Source of the DNA: a bacterium
GTDB taxonomy: Bacteria; UBA10199; JADFYH01
DNA: 64,000 nt
Direction of reading: 5' to 3'
NCBI GenBank assembly: GCA_046346885.1
Contig: JAXMHI010000003.1
Coordinates: 93 to 64,092 of the forward strand
The notes below the pieces were generated by a model. It did no database searches, had not been told where the DNA came from, and was given only the letters and a program-made list of their open reading frames with translations. Made by a program: the position numbers and the translations under genes. Shown here piece by piece: positions 39,667 to 51,468 of the stretch (position 1 is the stretch's first letter; the number at the start of each line of letters is the position of its first letter).

Positions 39667-40599
39667 TTATTTCTGCCCACCGCATTCCGATGAATCCGAA
39701 AGCGGCGTCAGATCAATGTAGATTTTTCCCGAGCCGGTACGCGAACCGACGGGAGAGTGGCCTGTAGCGCTTCCCATGGTGGCAATTCTCGGTTTGTCCG
39801 TATCGATGCCTTCGATTTGGTAGGAACCACCCCCCTCTGCCGTCACTGACATTCCGGCAGCAGACACGTTAAAGGTTCCAGCGTTGGTGGAAGACGGAGT
39901 AAAATTGAATTTGTAACCGATGATCGAGCCATTCACCGTGAAGGGTTTTTCCAGGTCGCAAATAGTCCCAGAGAAAACCATATCCGCGACTTTTCCACTT
40001 GCTTGGTATCCACAGCGTAAACTCGCTATAGCGGTGCGCAACGCCTTGATCTGCGCACCGTAGGCTTCGACTTCCTCCATTGCCCGATCGGCGCCATGCA
40101 TATCTTCATAAGGTAGAAAGCCTATTTTTTGACAAAAGTTGATATGCGTTTTTTCATGCGCCCGAATCGCCTCCGCTATTCCGGGGCATTCGGCGCCATC
40201 GGTGGCAGCCGCCAATGCCGCGATTGAGGATGGAGACATGCGGCAAAGCTCCTCGACGGTATACTTGTTCGCCGAAGCCGAGGCATCATAGAGATCGCGT
40301 CCCGAGGGGATATAATCCACCTGCCCCGGTCCTTTATTGCCAGGAACCGCTTCGAGGCCATGGCGCGCATCCCCGTCGGCAAATTTCTGCAGAGCGATGG
40401 TCGACGCACCTTTGCCCAGCTTGCGAAGTTCATTCGCCTGGTTGCGGAAAGCCTCCTGCAGCTTCATCGCGTTGCGCAACTCGGCCTGTAGGGACTTAAG
40501 ACTTCCGCAATCGCATTTGTCTTTGCCCTTGGCTGTGGCCGTGGACGGTAATGCCACGAAGGTCACCGCCAACAGGAGAATTGAAGTGGTGAGTTTCAT
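39667..40599 (-). CDS. Secreted hypothetical protein (310 aa) containing an HEKTH (HExxH) motif
   Basis: Signal peptide MKLTTSILLLAVTFVALPSTATA. HEKTH lies at 40144..40158. No other protease-family features are recognised. Confidence 0.7.
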   Translation of the reverse strand: MKLTTSILLLAVTFVALPSTATAKGKDKCDCGSLKSLQAELRNAMKLQEAFRNQANELRKLGKGASTIALQKFADGDARHGLEAVPGNKGPGQVDYIPSGRDLYDASASANKYTVEELCRMSPSSIAALAAATDGAECPGIAEAIRAHEKTHINFCQKIGFLPYEDMHGADRAMEEVEAYGAQIKALRTAIASLRCGYQASGKVADMVFSGTICDLEKPFTVNGSIIGYKFNFTPSSTNAGTFNVSAAGMSVTAEGGGSYQIEGIDTDKPRIATMGSATGHSPVGSRTGSGKIYIDLTPLSDSSECGGQK

Positions 40600-40614
40600 T
40601 TCTGAACTACAGGT

Positions 40615-41451
40615 TTAATTGATCGCCCCGACGCCTTGCAGCACCTGCTTCGCCAGCGCCTTGCTGTCCGCCAGGGTCTGAGGGTTTTTGGCCAAGTTGC
40701 CGATCATTGCGCCGGTTAATACGGAGCTCTCGTAGAGTTCCTGCTTCTTAGCGGCCGGGAGGGCACGGAAGCTGGGAGACCCCGCCAGGATATCATTGAC
40801 GTCGTAGATGAATTTCTCCATCACCGTATCCGATATATCTTTCCCGGTGTGTACCTGAGCACTCACGCCGATCATAAATCCGATCGCATAGGCGACGTTA
40901 TTTTTCCGCCCTTCCTTCTCGAAGGCATCCATCATCCCGTTGAAGGTCTGCAGCAGTTGCGCCTGATTTTCCTGCGGTCCCTTTGCCGCATAGACCGCGG
41001 GCAGCACCCGCTGTTGCCCCGAAAAATCGCTGGCGCTAATCGGGAAATGCTGGGGAGGCGCGGCCGACATAGGCGCAGAGGGAGAATTGGGGGGTGAGGC
41101 CGGCGTAGGAGCCGGGCGGTAATTGGGATTATTATACTCAGGCTTGCTGGAATAGGAAGGCGCGGTGCTCATCGGTCGATCCGGCATGCCATGCTGATAT
41201 TGCTCAAAAAGGTTTGTATTGGAAGCGCGACCCCGCTGCGAAGGCAGCGTCCCGAGCAGCTGACTCTGAGTGAGTCTCCGCTGCATGCTGAACATAATGG
41301 AGGAGTCGAGGGTGGCCGACATCGGATTGTTGAAACTATTTCCGGTAAACGGACTCGTCCAGGTATTCTGCGCTGACACCGGCATGACGCCCAAAACCGA
41401 AACCAATAGAAAACCGATGGCCCCGTTGCGGATGCATGAAACTTTTTTCAT
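40615..41451 (-). CDS. Secreted hypothetical protein (278 aa), Pro-rich centre
   Basis: Signal peptide ending VSAQ. It lies 15 nt upstream of the next gene, so a likely operon. Confidence 0.7.
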   Translation of the reverse strand: MKKVSCIRNGAIGFLLVSVLGVMPVSAQNTWTSPFTGNSFNNPMSATLDSSIMFSMQRRLTQSQLLGTLPSQRGRASNTNLFEQYQHGMPDRPMSTAPSYSSKPEYNNPNYRPAPTPASPPNSPSAPMSAAPPQHFPISASDFSGQQRVLPAVYAAKGPQENQAQLLQTFNGMMDAFEKEGRKNNVAYAIGFMIGVSAQVHTGKDISDTVMEKFIYDVNDILAGSPSFRALPAAKKQELYESSVLTGAMIGNLAKNPQTLADSKALAKQVLQGVGAIN

Positions 41452-41654
41452 AGCATGCCCTCCCTCTAAACCTTAGATTAATAACACATTTTAAACGAGA
41501 ATGAAAGAAATGGAAGAAGAAGGTTCGCACCCGGGGGCAGCGAGGTTTTCTGGAAAAGATACTCTCGAACCGCGTCTTTGATTCTCCACCTGTCCGATAG
41601 GAAATGAAAAAGCCATTCCGGATATTCTCCGAAATGGCCTTCTTGTCCAACTGA

Positions 41655-41727
41655 CTCCGGCTGCTGGACTCGAACCAGCGACCTAGCGGTTAACAGCCGC
41701 TTGCTCTACCGACTGAGCTAAGCCGGA
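41655..41727 (-). tRNA. tRNA-Asn (anticodon GTT)
   Basis: 73-nt cloverleaf folded by hand. Acceptor TCCGGCT/AGCCGGA, D stem GCTC/GAGC, anticodon stem AGCGG/CCGCT with loop CTGTTAA, T stem GCTGG/CCAGC with loop TTCGAGT. CCA is not encoded. Confidence 0.93.
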
Positions 41728-41759
41728 ATAAAAAAGAACGGCTTATGATGATAAGCCGT
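41728..41759 (-). terminator. Rho-independent terminator after the outer-membrane protein gene
   Basis: ACGGCTTAT-CATC-ATAAGCCGT on the minus strand, followed by TCTTTTTTAT. Confidence 0.6.
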
Positions 41760-41816
41760 CCGAAAACGGATCGGAAGTACTAAATTTCTAATTCCAAGTC
41801 AACGGAAGCTTCATCC

Positions 41817-43508
41817 CTAAAACTCGAACATGAGCGTCGAGCGAAGGGCGAAGGCCGGGTTGGCCTTGTCAAAAATGATCGGGTTTATGGGGTTGCCGGT
41901 GAGGGTGGTGTTGCCCAAGTCGTCATTTTTGATGTCGAAGACGCCGCCGGGGAGGAAGAAGGCGCCGGTTAAGTTCCAGAAGACGTGATCCAAGAACTTG
42001 GCCTCGACGATGAGGTCGGTTTCAAGTCCGTACCACTTGCTGTTGTTGACCACCCGGGGAAGCGTCGGCACGCCGGTGATCTCCGCGAAGTTCAAATCCA
42101 AGGCGCGGGAAGGGGCCCAAGCGGTGACGACGTGGGCGCCAACCTTGATCCATTGCGCTTGAGGAATTACGCGCGAGAGGTCGAATTTATGCTTGTAGGT
42201 GGCGCCGATATAAACCGCGTTGTTCACGAAGTTGGAGGTGATCGGTTTGTTGCCCAGCTTGGTTTGGCCGTTCACCTGAATCGCGGGGGAAGTGCCCAGG
42301 GGCTCTTGGAAGAGGAGTAGGCCGACGTGATAGTCGGGCCTGAAGCCGAACTGGGTGATGCGGTTGGAGAGCGGAGAAGAATCGCCTTGGGCGAAACCGG
42401 AGATGAACTTCCATTCTTCGTTGCCGTGGTTGCCTTCCACCTCCATGGCGCCCATGTTCACCGAAAGATCGTTGGATCCTTTCAAGCAAACGGGGTTGGG
42501 GAGGGGGTTTTGGAAGCCGGCGGGAACTTGCACCGCGTCGATGCAGACGCCCGTGCCGATCTTTCCGCCGAGGTAAACGTATTCCGCCTGAATCTTGATG
42601 GGGTCATGTTCCCACTTCACGTAACCATCGATGTAGAAGGCCGCCGTGTTGCCGTCGTTGCCCGCGGGAATCCGGTTGCCGCTCGCGTCCAACGCGGTGG
42701 TGGTCGTTCCCTTCGTGCCGCCGCGCAAACGCAAGCCGGCATAGGTGCCGACTTCCAAGTGGGGGCGTTGATAGAGCAAGGCTTGGGTGAACTGATAGGT
42801 GTCGTGGGCGGCGCCGGTGACGGGGCCTTCCAGCAGGTTGATGGCCGGCACGCCCGAGTTTTGGAAGGCGAAGTCGACCAAGGTGGCGAAGGCCAGGTTG
42901 GAGCCATTTTTAAAGTCCCATTTGCCGATGTAGAGGAAGCGGTCGAAGGTGTCTCCGAAGAGGCTGTCCCAATCGTTTCCGTCATTCTGGAAGATGCCTA
43001 AGCCCCAATGGGAAGGCTGACGGCCCAAGCGGAATTTCCCGATGGGAGTGAGCAAGTCGACATACAAGCGGCGAAGGTTTACGTTTCCGCCGCCGCCGGT
43101 GACGATGTCACCGCCCCGGCCGCCCGTCACGCCGAAGGCGCCGTTGGCGCCGGGAAGGCTTAAGGTACCGGTAATGGGGTTAAAGACGTTCAGCTGACGC
43201 GTGTCGTTGCTGCCGAACATGACGTCATCCAAGAAATCGATTTGGGCTTGGAAGGAGATGTTGTCGCTCACCTTCAGGGCGGGATCCAAGCGGAAGCGTT
43301 GGATACCGTAGAAGAGGGTGCCGAAGCGGTTGTTGTCGCCTTGCAGCCCTTGGCTGATGTTGGAGCCCTTCTGCAAATCCAGATTGTGCGAAGCTTCTAG
43401 GCGGAGTCGGTAGTAACCGTGGGCCGAGAAATCGAGGGCAAAAGAGGAAGCGGGCCCGAATAAGGAAGCCAGTGCTGCAAGCGAAATAAGGAACTTCTTC
43501 ATCAACAA
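41817..43508 (-). CDS. Outer-membrane beta-barrel (porin-like) protein
   Basis: Signal peptide, alternating beta-strand pattern, and a C-terminal ...LRSTLMFEF ending in aromatic Phe. Confidence 0.75.
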   Translation of the reverse strand: MLMKKFLISLAALASLFGPASSFALDFSAHGYYRLRLEASHNLDLQKGSNISQGLQGDNNRFGTLFYGIQRFRLDPALKVSDNISFQAQIDFLDDVMFGSNDTRQLNVFNPITGTLSLPGANGAFGVTGGRGGDIVTGGGGNVNLRRLYVDLLTPIGKFRLGRQPSHWGLGIFQNDGNDWDSLFGDTFDRFLYIGKWDFKNGSNLAFATLVDFAFQNSGVPAINLLEGPVTGAAHDTYQFTQALLYQRPHLEVGTYAGLRLRGGTKGTTTTALDASGNRIPAGNDGNTAAFYIDGYVKWEHDPIKIQAEYVYLGGKIGTGVCIDAVQVPAGFQNPLPNPVCLKGSNDLSVNMGAMEVEGNHGNEEWKFISGFAQGDSSPLSNRITQFGFRPDYHVGLLLFQEPLGTSPAIQVNGQTKLGNKPITSNFVNNAVYIGATYKHKFDLSRVIPQAQWIKVGAHVVTAWAPSRALDLNFAEITGVPTLPRVVNNSKWYGLETDLIVEAKFLDHVFWNLTGAFFLPGGVFDIKNDDLGNTTLTGNPINPIIFDKANPAFALRSTLMFEF

Positions 43509-43640
43509 CCTCCACTCGTCGTTTGAAAGGCCTTTACGATGCTTTAAAAATTTTTATGAATCTTAAGGGCTAGGTAAAAATTAAATCCTTTTGTAACGGG
43601 AAAACCTAGGGGTGTCAATGAGTTATTGGTAGAACTTCAA

Positions 43641-43684
43641 TAAAAAAGGCGTCCGTCTTTCGATAGAGACGGACGCCTTTTGGT
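43641..43684 (-). terminator. Rho-independent terminator after groEL
   Basis: 11-bp stem GGCGTCCGTCT/AGACGGACGCC, followed on the minus strand by TTTTTTATT. Confidence 0.75.
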
Positions 43685-43716
43685 TTTGGATACTTCCGTG
43701 GCTGAAGGGGGACGGT

Positions 43717-45712
<1,996 letters not shown>

Positions 45713-45982
45713 AGGGCATCTCCTCCTTAAAGGAATTTTCACTATTTTGGGTTAATAACCGGTTTTATTTTTGTCAGAGATAAAGGTTAACTCGGCGGAA
45801 CTTAAAGGCTTTCAATTGGTTGATAGATCTAACTTTGATTCTTTAAGGTCGATCGGAATTCAAGTTACGAATCGCTCCAACACCGAGCCGAGGGTGATAT
45901 AAACATTTGCTAGGGCTTGTCAAGAGGGCTTGTGGGGCAAAAAAACGGCTTTTTTTGAGGTGATAATGGGGGTGAAAGGGGG

Positions 45983-46255
45983 CTAAAACTTCCGTTTCTG
46001 GGCTTCTTCCTCGTAATATTTTTTATATAAAATTTCCCACTCGCGGGATCCTTCCGGAACGCCCCGTTTTAAAGAAACGATCTTCTGCCGAACCGCATCG
46101 TCGATTTGGTCGTCGGTCTGAAGATAGTGGAGAACGGTCTGCTTGATCACCTTTAAGGCTTCGTCTTCGTCGGAATAATCAAGCAAGTCGTCTTTATAAA
46201 GACCGTCGCAGACCAAATGGCAGAGATGCGAAATTCTTTCTTCGGAGAGTTTCAT
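45983..46255 (-). CDS. DUF507 family protein
   Basis: 90 aa (MKLSEERISHLCHLV...); paralogous to the adjacent gene. Confidence 0.65.
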   Translation of the reverse strand: MKLSEERISHLCHLVCDGLYKDDLLDYSDEDEALKVIKQTVLHYLQTDDQIDDAVRQKIVSLKRGVPEGSREWEILYKKYYEEEAQKRKF

Positions 46256-46262
46256 ATCTTTA

Positions 46263-46544
46263 TTATACGATGAAATTCTTTTCCTTCACGATCTGCTTTT
46301 TAATCATCTGAAACACTTTTTGCCGGTCCATCTGACCGCTGGCGATTTGGGCCTGGTATTGTTCCATGAGCTTGCGTACTTGCTCGTCGATCTTGTCTTC
46401 TTCGAGCATGTTTTTGGTGACGATCTCGCCGATGCGCGAAAGGATTTTTTCCTCCGGCACCTTGAAGGTGGCGAGTTTTTTCGCCTGCAGGGCGCTCACC
46501 ACGAGACGGGAAATTTTGTCGATTTGTTCTTTCTTAAGGCGCAT
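46263..46544 (-). CDS. DUF507 family protein
   Basis: Internal ATG at 46544 (MRLKKEQIDKISRLVV...). The tracked longer ORF would overlap the upstream regulator gene. Confidence 0.65.
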   Translation of the reverse strand: MRLKKEQIDKISRLVVSALQAKKLATFKVPEEKILSRIGEIVTKNMLEEDKIDEQVRKLMEQYQAQIASGQMDRQKVFQMIKKQIVKEKNFIV

Positions 46545-46611
46545 GGGTGATAGGCATCCTGCCTTGTTTGAAGAGGGCTGGCAAGAAGGATTGTCGACGT
46601 TTTGATGGTTC

Positions 46612-49600
46612 CTATTTTTTTCCCATTCTTTCCTCAATATAAGCTTTCATCTCCATTCGACTCGTGGGCACACCGTGTTTTGTCATCTGGGTATAGAGAT
46701 AGCGTCGAGAAATTCCTAAATTTTTGGCGGCGAACCCCTTGTGATAACCGTTGTCGTAAAGGGCTTTGAGCAGCAGGCGTTTTTCTTCCGGCAAAGCGGA
46801 GGAGGGAGCGGTGATGAAGGGGGTTTTTTCTTCCTTCTTGGGGACACCAAACGGAACTTTCGCGCCTCCCCCGAAAAGCACCTTCTTGAAATGGAAAGAC
46901 TTGGGGATGATCTTACCCTTCTGGTGAAAGAGGGAAGCGGTGCGCAGCGTATTTTCCAACTCCCTTACGTTCCCCGGCCAGGGGTAATCCATTAAAAGTT
47001 CGAAGGACTCCGGCGCCATCTCGTAGGGTTCGCGTTTTTCTTCCTTCGCCGACTTCTTCAAGAAATGTTGGGCGAGCAGGGGAAGGTCTTCCAGCCGTTC
47101 CCGCAAGGGGGGCAAAACGACCGTTACGCCGTTTAAACGGTAAAATAAATCCTCCCGAAATTTTTTCTCGGCGATGAGGGCCTGCAGGTCTTGGTTGGAA
47201 GCGGAAACCACGCGCACATCCACCCGGATCACCTCATTGGAGCCGAGCGGACGGATTTCCCCCTCTTGAAGGAAGCGCAAGAGCTTGGCCTGCATGGCCC
47301 CGCTCATGTCGGCGATTTCGTCCAAAAAAATCGTGCCGCCGTTCGCGTATTCGAGGAGTCCTTTCTTGTCGCGGTCCGCATGGGTAAAGGAGCCGCGTTT
47401 GTGGCCGAAGAGCTCCGATTCCAAAAGGGTCTCGGGCAAGGCCGAGCAGTTCTCGCTGACGAAGGGTTTTTTCGCCCGGGAACTGTTGAAGTGCAGCACC
47501 CGAGCGATCATCTCTTTTCCCGTGCCCGATTCTCCGTAGATCCAAACGGGCACCTTCGTTTCGATGAGCCGGTCCACCAGCGACAGCACTTCGAGCATGG
47601 CGGGCGATTGGCCGACGATGTCTTTATATTGATGGATGAGTTTCTGCCGCTGGTCCTCCACTTCCCGTTTCAGGGCGATCATCTCGGAGGCCTGCACTTC
47701 CACGGCCCGGCTTAAACTTTCGTTGGCCTTTTCCAGTTCTTCGATCATCTGGGCTTTTTGAAGACCCAAGGCCGCCTGATCGGCGAACATTTGAAGGAGA
47801 TTCAAGTCGGCTCCCCGAAAAAGCCCCGTTTCGTAGCGGTGGTCCAAATACAAGGCGCCGAGGATTCCTTTCGTGCCTTTCAGCGGAAGGGCGAGGATCG
47901 ATTTCAACTCCAGTTGATGCACGCTGGGCGCCGCTTCGAAGCGCCGGTCTTGCAAGGCGTTGTCGGTCACCACCGCCTCGCCCGTCTTCATCGCCTCGCG
48001 GACGGAGGATAAGCTCAACGTGAAATCCTGGCTTTCCAGAAGCTCCTTCGCCACGTTGCGGGCCGCTTTCACCTCGAAACCGGGGAGGGGCCCCCGCGAA
48101 TTTTCGCTTCGGATCACGAGAAACCCCCGTTCGGCGTTCGAAAGTCCCATTGCAGCGTCCATGAGGCGGATTAAGACCTCGTCTAAGTTTGTGGAGCTTA
48201 AGATTTCTCTCGTGAGAGCGGTAAGCTTTTGCAAGGCGTCCATGTTTTTTCTCCCGGAGCTCCCCATTGAAAGAGGGGACGACGTTTTCTCCGTTCCTAA
48301 AATATATTTCTGGTAATCCGCCCGTTCCTCGAAAGAGATTTTAAAGGGATCGGGAAGAGTTTGGTAAGTTTCCGTTAAAAGGGTTTGAAGGGTAGGGGAG
48401 TCTTTTTCCAAAAAAGCCCTCAAAAGTCGTTGCTCCAAGTCCCAAGGTTCGGCGGGTCTCTTTTCGTCGAAGGAAAAAGGAATCCGGGGAAGGCGGGAGA
48501 GAAAATCGTCTCCTTCCTTGATGAGGTCTATTTGAAACCTTATTTCCTTTCGCCGTTGCGTAAAGGCCGGATCTTCCGTTTTTTGCGCCAAGGCTTCGCT
48601 GAAAGCTTGTTCCGATCTTTTGAAGCGCCCTATCGAGGCTTCCGCCAAGGCCAGTTGGAGAAGATTCAACCCCCTTTCGAAGGCATTTCCCAAGAAGGCG
48701 AAGATCTCACGGGCCTTCTCCAATTCCTCCAAGGCTAAATGGAAATTCGCCCTGCGGCAGGCCATGACTCCGATGTTTTGATGGACGCGGGCCAGCGAAA
48801 CGTCGTCCCGGTGTTCGAAAGCGACCTGCAGAGCCCGGGCGTAGGCATGGTCCATCGCCTCCATTTTTCCCAACTTTAAAGCTAAGTTTCCGCGTTCGAG
48901 GGCGATCGAAAAAAGACCCTTATGATTTTGAAGCGATTGAAAGATTTTTTCAGAGGTCTCCAGAAAACCTAAGGCGCCTTCCCAGTCTTTCCTCTGAACC
49001 GCCAAAAGGGCCTCGTATTGCAGTACCTCCGCTTGGGGCGCGCTTTCTTCAGGAAGAAGTGCGAGGGCCGCGGCGAAATGTTCTTGAGCGGATGAAAGCG
49101 CCTCGTTCTCCAGATCCAAACGTCCGAGTAAGGCATGGGCGCGGGCGAGAAAAGGGCGGTGGGATTCGCTTTGAGGGGCTCCCGCCTTCAAACACTCTTC
49201 CCATCGTCGCCGGGCTTCTTTCCCGTTTCCCATATTTTGGTGAAGTACACCGGTAATTTGCCAATACTTTATCGGGTTGAGCCTCAAAGGATCCGTGGGA
49301 AATTTCTCGAACCACTGTTCCAAAGTATTTAAGGCCTGCGAAAAAAGTCCGAGCCGACCATAGGCGTTGGCGATGAGGCGCAAGAGCATTTCCTGACCCG
49401 TCCACTCCTCGGTGAGGGAAAAACACTTTTCATAGAGTGCGATGGCGGAAGGATCTTCCTCGCGGAGGGTGTAAACATCGCCCGCCCGCAATGCCCAAGA
49501 GAGCCGCTGGGGATGATGCGGAACTCGTACGGCGTGATGGGCCAAGGCCAGACAAAGATCGGGAGGGAGATCTTGATTCGCCGGGATTTCTTTTTCCAGA

Positions 49601-51369
49601 AGGCGGAGCCACGCTTCGTGCGGAACCTCCGGGGGAACGGGGGAGCTTTGCAAGACCCTTTCCGCCTGAGGGGGGTGGGCGAAGCAATAGACTTCGCGTT
49701 CTCCCTCAAAATCCGTCCGGATGAAGCTTAAATGGCGAAGGGCTTGTAGCTTTTCACGGAGTTCCGCCGGCTTAAGACCCGTGAGGATCAGTAATTCTTC
49801 GAAAGCGGCACCCTGGAATGCGGCGGCCAAGAAGGCGAGGATCTTTTTTTCTTTCTCGCCCTGCCGACTCCACCGGTCCTCAAAGAGCTCTTCCGAAGTC
49901 TTGGAGAGGCCGATTCGTCGCAGCTCTGAGACGGTAAAGCGTTTCTTTTTTAAAATTCCGGAAAGTTGAATTCCGCGCGCCAGATCCGTGATCACCTGCG
50001 GATTTCCTTGGGAAAGCGCTTGGAGTTCTTGAAGTGCTTCGGGCGGGAACTCGCGGTTCAAAAGAGCCTTGAAGAGCAGGCCGGTGTTTCGAACGTCGAG
50101 ATTTTCGAGCTTGAGGTCGAGGACATGGGGCTGCCTCGCCAAATATAAGAAAGAACCCAACTGCGTAGGCTCTATTTTTTCGTCGTTGTATTCTAAGACG
50201 ACGGAGCCGGAAGGTTTCGAAGAGGAACGCAGAAACCGATACAGTTCTTCCCGATGGCTGGGTTTTAAGGTTTCGGCGGATGGAATCATGCGGACTTCCC
50301 CCTCCGCAAAACCTTCCAGGATTTCTTTCTTCGCGTGAGGGGGATGTTTCGTGGCCCGGGTTCCTTGAAGCGAAAGTTGGAAAAATAGCTCGCGCAAGAA
50401 ACGGCTTTTTCCCGTCCCCGTCAAACCGTGGAGCAACACGATGGCCCGCTGATTTTCCAGCCTTGTTTTTTGAAGGAAGTTGAAGAAATCCTCCCACTTT
50501 TTCTCCACTCCGAACATTTGAAAGGAATGGAGGACGTTTGCCTTGCTTTCCTCTTCGTTTTCCTCCTTCTCTTGCCGCAACGCCTCCCGGGCGTCCTTTG
50601 CCGATTGAAGACGTGAGGAAAGATCCGGTGCGATCATCCGTTCCACCACTCGAGCGGCTGTGGGAGACAGAGGGGGGCATAATTTTTTAAGGCTTTGGAC
50701 CTCGGAAGAGAACAAACCCTTTAGGTCTTTCGCGTCGCCGCGGGGGTGTCGCCCGGTAAAGGCTTGGTAGAAAACGGTGCCCAACGAGAAAAGATCGCTC
50801 GCCGGCAAACGCTCGCCGTCCATCGCTTCGGGGGCCATATAGGGAAGGGTTCCCCGGGGTTGGGAGGGAAGAGGGGAGGTGAAATGGTGCGAGACGGTGG
50901 CCAAGCCGAAATCCACCAATTTGAGACGCCCCTTTTCATCGATCAAGAGGTTCCCGGGTTTCAAATCCCCGTGAAGAACGCCTTGTCCGTGAAGATATTC
51001 CAGCGCATCCAAGGCTTCTTCCAGCCAGCGAACCATCGTTCGGGGCTCCGCGGAGGAAGCCGCGTCCAAGATCGGAGCTCCGGGTATGTACTCCATCCAA
51101 AAGCTCGGTTTTTTTTCCCTTGAGGAAGAAGGTTCCAACCCCTTCATCTCTTCACTTGTTTTCGAGAACCCCATGATTTCCACAAGCCCCGGATGTTTGA
51201 GTTTGGAAAGAAGATGAACCTCGCCCTCGAACAAAGGGAGCAGGGTGGGGGAAGAATTTTCTAAAATTTTTAAGGCGAAGACTTTTCCTTGCCCATCATA
51301 AGCCCGATAGACGGAACCCATGGCCCCCGACCCAACCAGTCGGTCCACTGTGAGAATGTCTTGAGACAT
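46612..51369 (-). CDS. Intact 1585-aa fusion regulator (EBP2): Ser/Thr kinase, P-loop NTPase, TPR-like repeats, GAF, sigma54-interaction AAA+ domain, Fis-type HTH
   Basis: Kinase motifs GSGAMGSV, FALKIL, HGDLKPGN, DFGLA and GTLPYMAPE. Walker A GLTGTGKS. GAF region. AAA+ motifs GESGTGKE, GSFTHA (47377..47394), IFLDEI and WPGNVRELEN. HTH FAAKNLGISRRYLYTQM. Confidence 0.9.
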   Translation of the reverse strand: MSQDILTVDRLVGSGAMGSVYRAYDGQGKVFALKILENSSPTLLPLFEGEVHLLSKLKHPGLVEIMGFSKTSEEMKGLEPSSSREKKPSFWMEYIPGAPILDAASSAEPRTMVRWLEEALDALEYLHGQGVLHGDLKPGNLLIDEKGRLKLVDFGLATVSHHFTSPLPSQPRGTLPYMAPEAMDGERLPASDLFSLGTVFYQAFTGRHPRGDAKDLKGLFSSEVQSLKKLCPPLSPTAARVVERMIAPDLSSRLQSAKDAREALRQEKEENEEESKANVLHSFQMFGVEKKWEDFFNFLQKTRLENQRAIVLLHGLTGTGKSRFLRELFFQLSLQGTRATKHPPHAKKEILEGFAEGEVRMIPSAETLKPSHREELYRFLRSSSKPSGSVVLEYNDEKIEPTQLGSFLYLARQPHVLDLKLENLDVRNTGLLFKALLNREFPPEALQELQALSQGNPQVITDLARGIQLSGILKKKRFTVSELRRIGLSKTSEELFEDRWSRQGEKEKKILAFLAAAFQGAAFEELLILTGLKPAELREKLQALRHLSFIRTDFEGEREVYCFAHPPQAERVLQSSPVPPEVPHEAWLRLLEKEIPANQDLPPDLCLALAHHAVRVPHHPQRLSWALRAGDVYTLREEDPSAIALYEKCFSLTEEWTGQEMLLRLIANAYGRLGLFSQALNTLEQWFEKFPTDPLRLNPIKYWQITGVLHQNMGNGKEARRRWEECLKAGAPQSESHRPFLARAHALLGRLDLENEALSSAQEHFAAALALLPEESAPQAEVLQYEALLAVQRKDWEGALGFLETSEKIFQSLQNHKGLFSIALERGNLALKLGKMEAMDHAYARALQVAFEHRDDVSLARVHQNIGVMACRRANFHLALEELEKAREIFAFLGNAFERGLNLLQLALAEASIGRFKRSEQAFSEALAQKTEDPAFTQRRKEIRFQIDLIKEGDDFLSRLPRIPFSFDEKRPAEPWDLEQRLLRAFLEKDSPTLQTLLTETYQTLPDPFKISFEERADYQKYILGTEKTSSPLSMGSSGRKNMDALQKLTALTREILSSTNLDEVLIRLMDAAMGLSNAERGFLVIRSENSRGPLPGFEVKAARNVAKELLESQDFTLSLSSVREAMKTGEAVVTDNALQDRRFEAAPSVHQLELKSILALPLKGTKGILGALYLDHRYETGLFRGADLNLLQMFADQAALGLQKAQMIEELEKANESLSRAVEVQASEMIALKREVEDQRQKLIHQYKDIVGQSPAMLEVLSLVDRLIETKVPVWIYGESGTGKEMIARVLHFNSSRAKKPFVSENCSALPETLLESELFGHKRGSFTHADRDKKGLLEYANGGTIFLDEIADMSGAMQAKLLRFLQEGEIRPLGSNEVIRVDVRVVSASNQDLQALIAEKKFREDLFYRLNGVTVVLPPLRERLEDLPLLAQHFLKKSAKEEKREPYEMAPESFELLMDYPWPGNVRELENTLRTASLFHQKGKIIPKSFHFKKVLFGGGAKVPFGVPKKEEKTPFITAPSSALPEEKRLLLKALYDNGYHKGFAAKNLGISRRYLYTQMTKHGVPTSRMEMKAYIEERMGKK

Positions 51370-51406
51370 GGGGTTATTTTAGTGGGAATAGGATAGGGAG
51401 TCCATC

Positions 51407-51422
51407 ATTCACATTTTGTGAT
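51407..51422. promoter_or_regulatory. Palindromic box ATTCACATTTTGTGAT upstream of EBP2 (candidate operator or autoregulatory site)
   Basis: TCACA-N3-TGTGA, 38-53 nt upstream of the ATG at 51369. The same 16-mer occurs at 56502..56517. Confidence 0.4.
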
Positions 51423-51468
51423 CTAATGGCCGAGTGGTGATTTTAACTATATGAAATATATTATTTAT

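Noticed and set aside
38692-41727. Genomic island integrated at tRNA-Asn
   Set aside because: There is no integrase, no direct repeat of the tRNA 3' end at the distal side, and no obvious compositional break that I can see by eye.
45713-45982. CIRCE (HrcA) operator or sigma32 promoter upstream of groES
   Set aside because: There is no TTAGCACTC-N9-GAGTGCTAA inverted repeat. Only a weak sigma70-like pair is present on the minus strand (TTGACA at 45918..45923 and TATATC at 45896..45901, 16-nt spacer), which is too weak to call as a feature.
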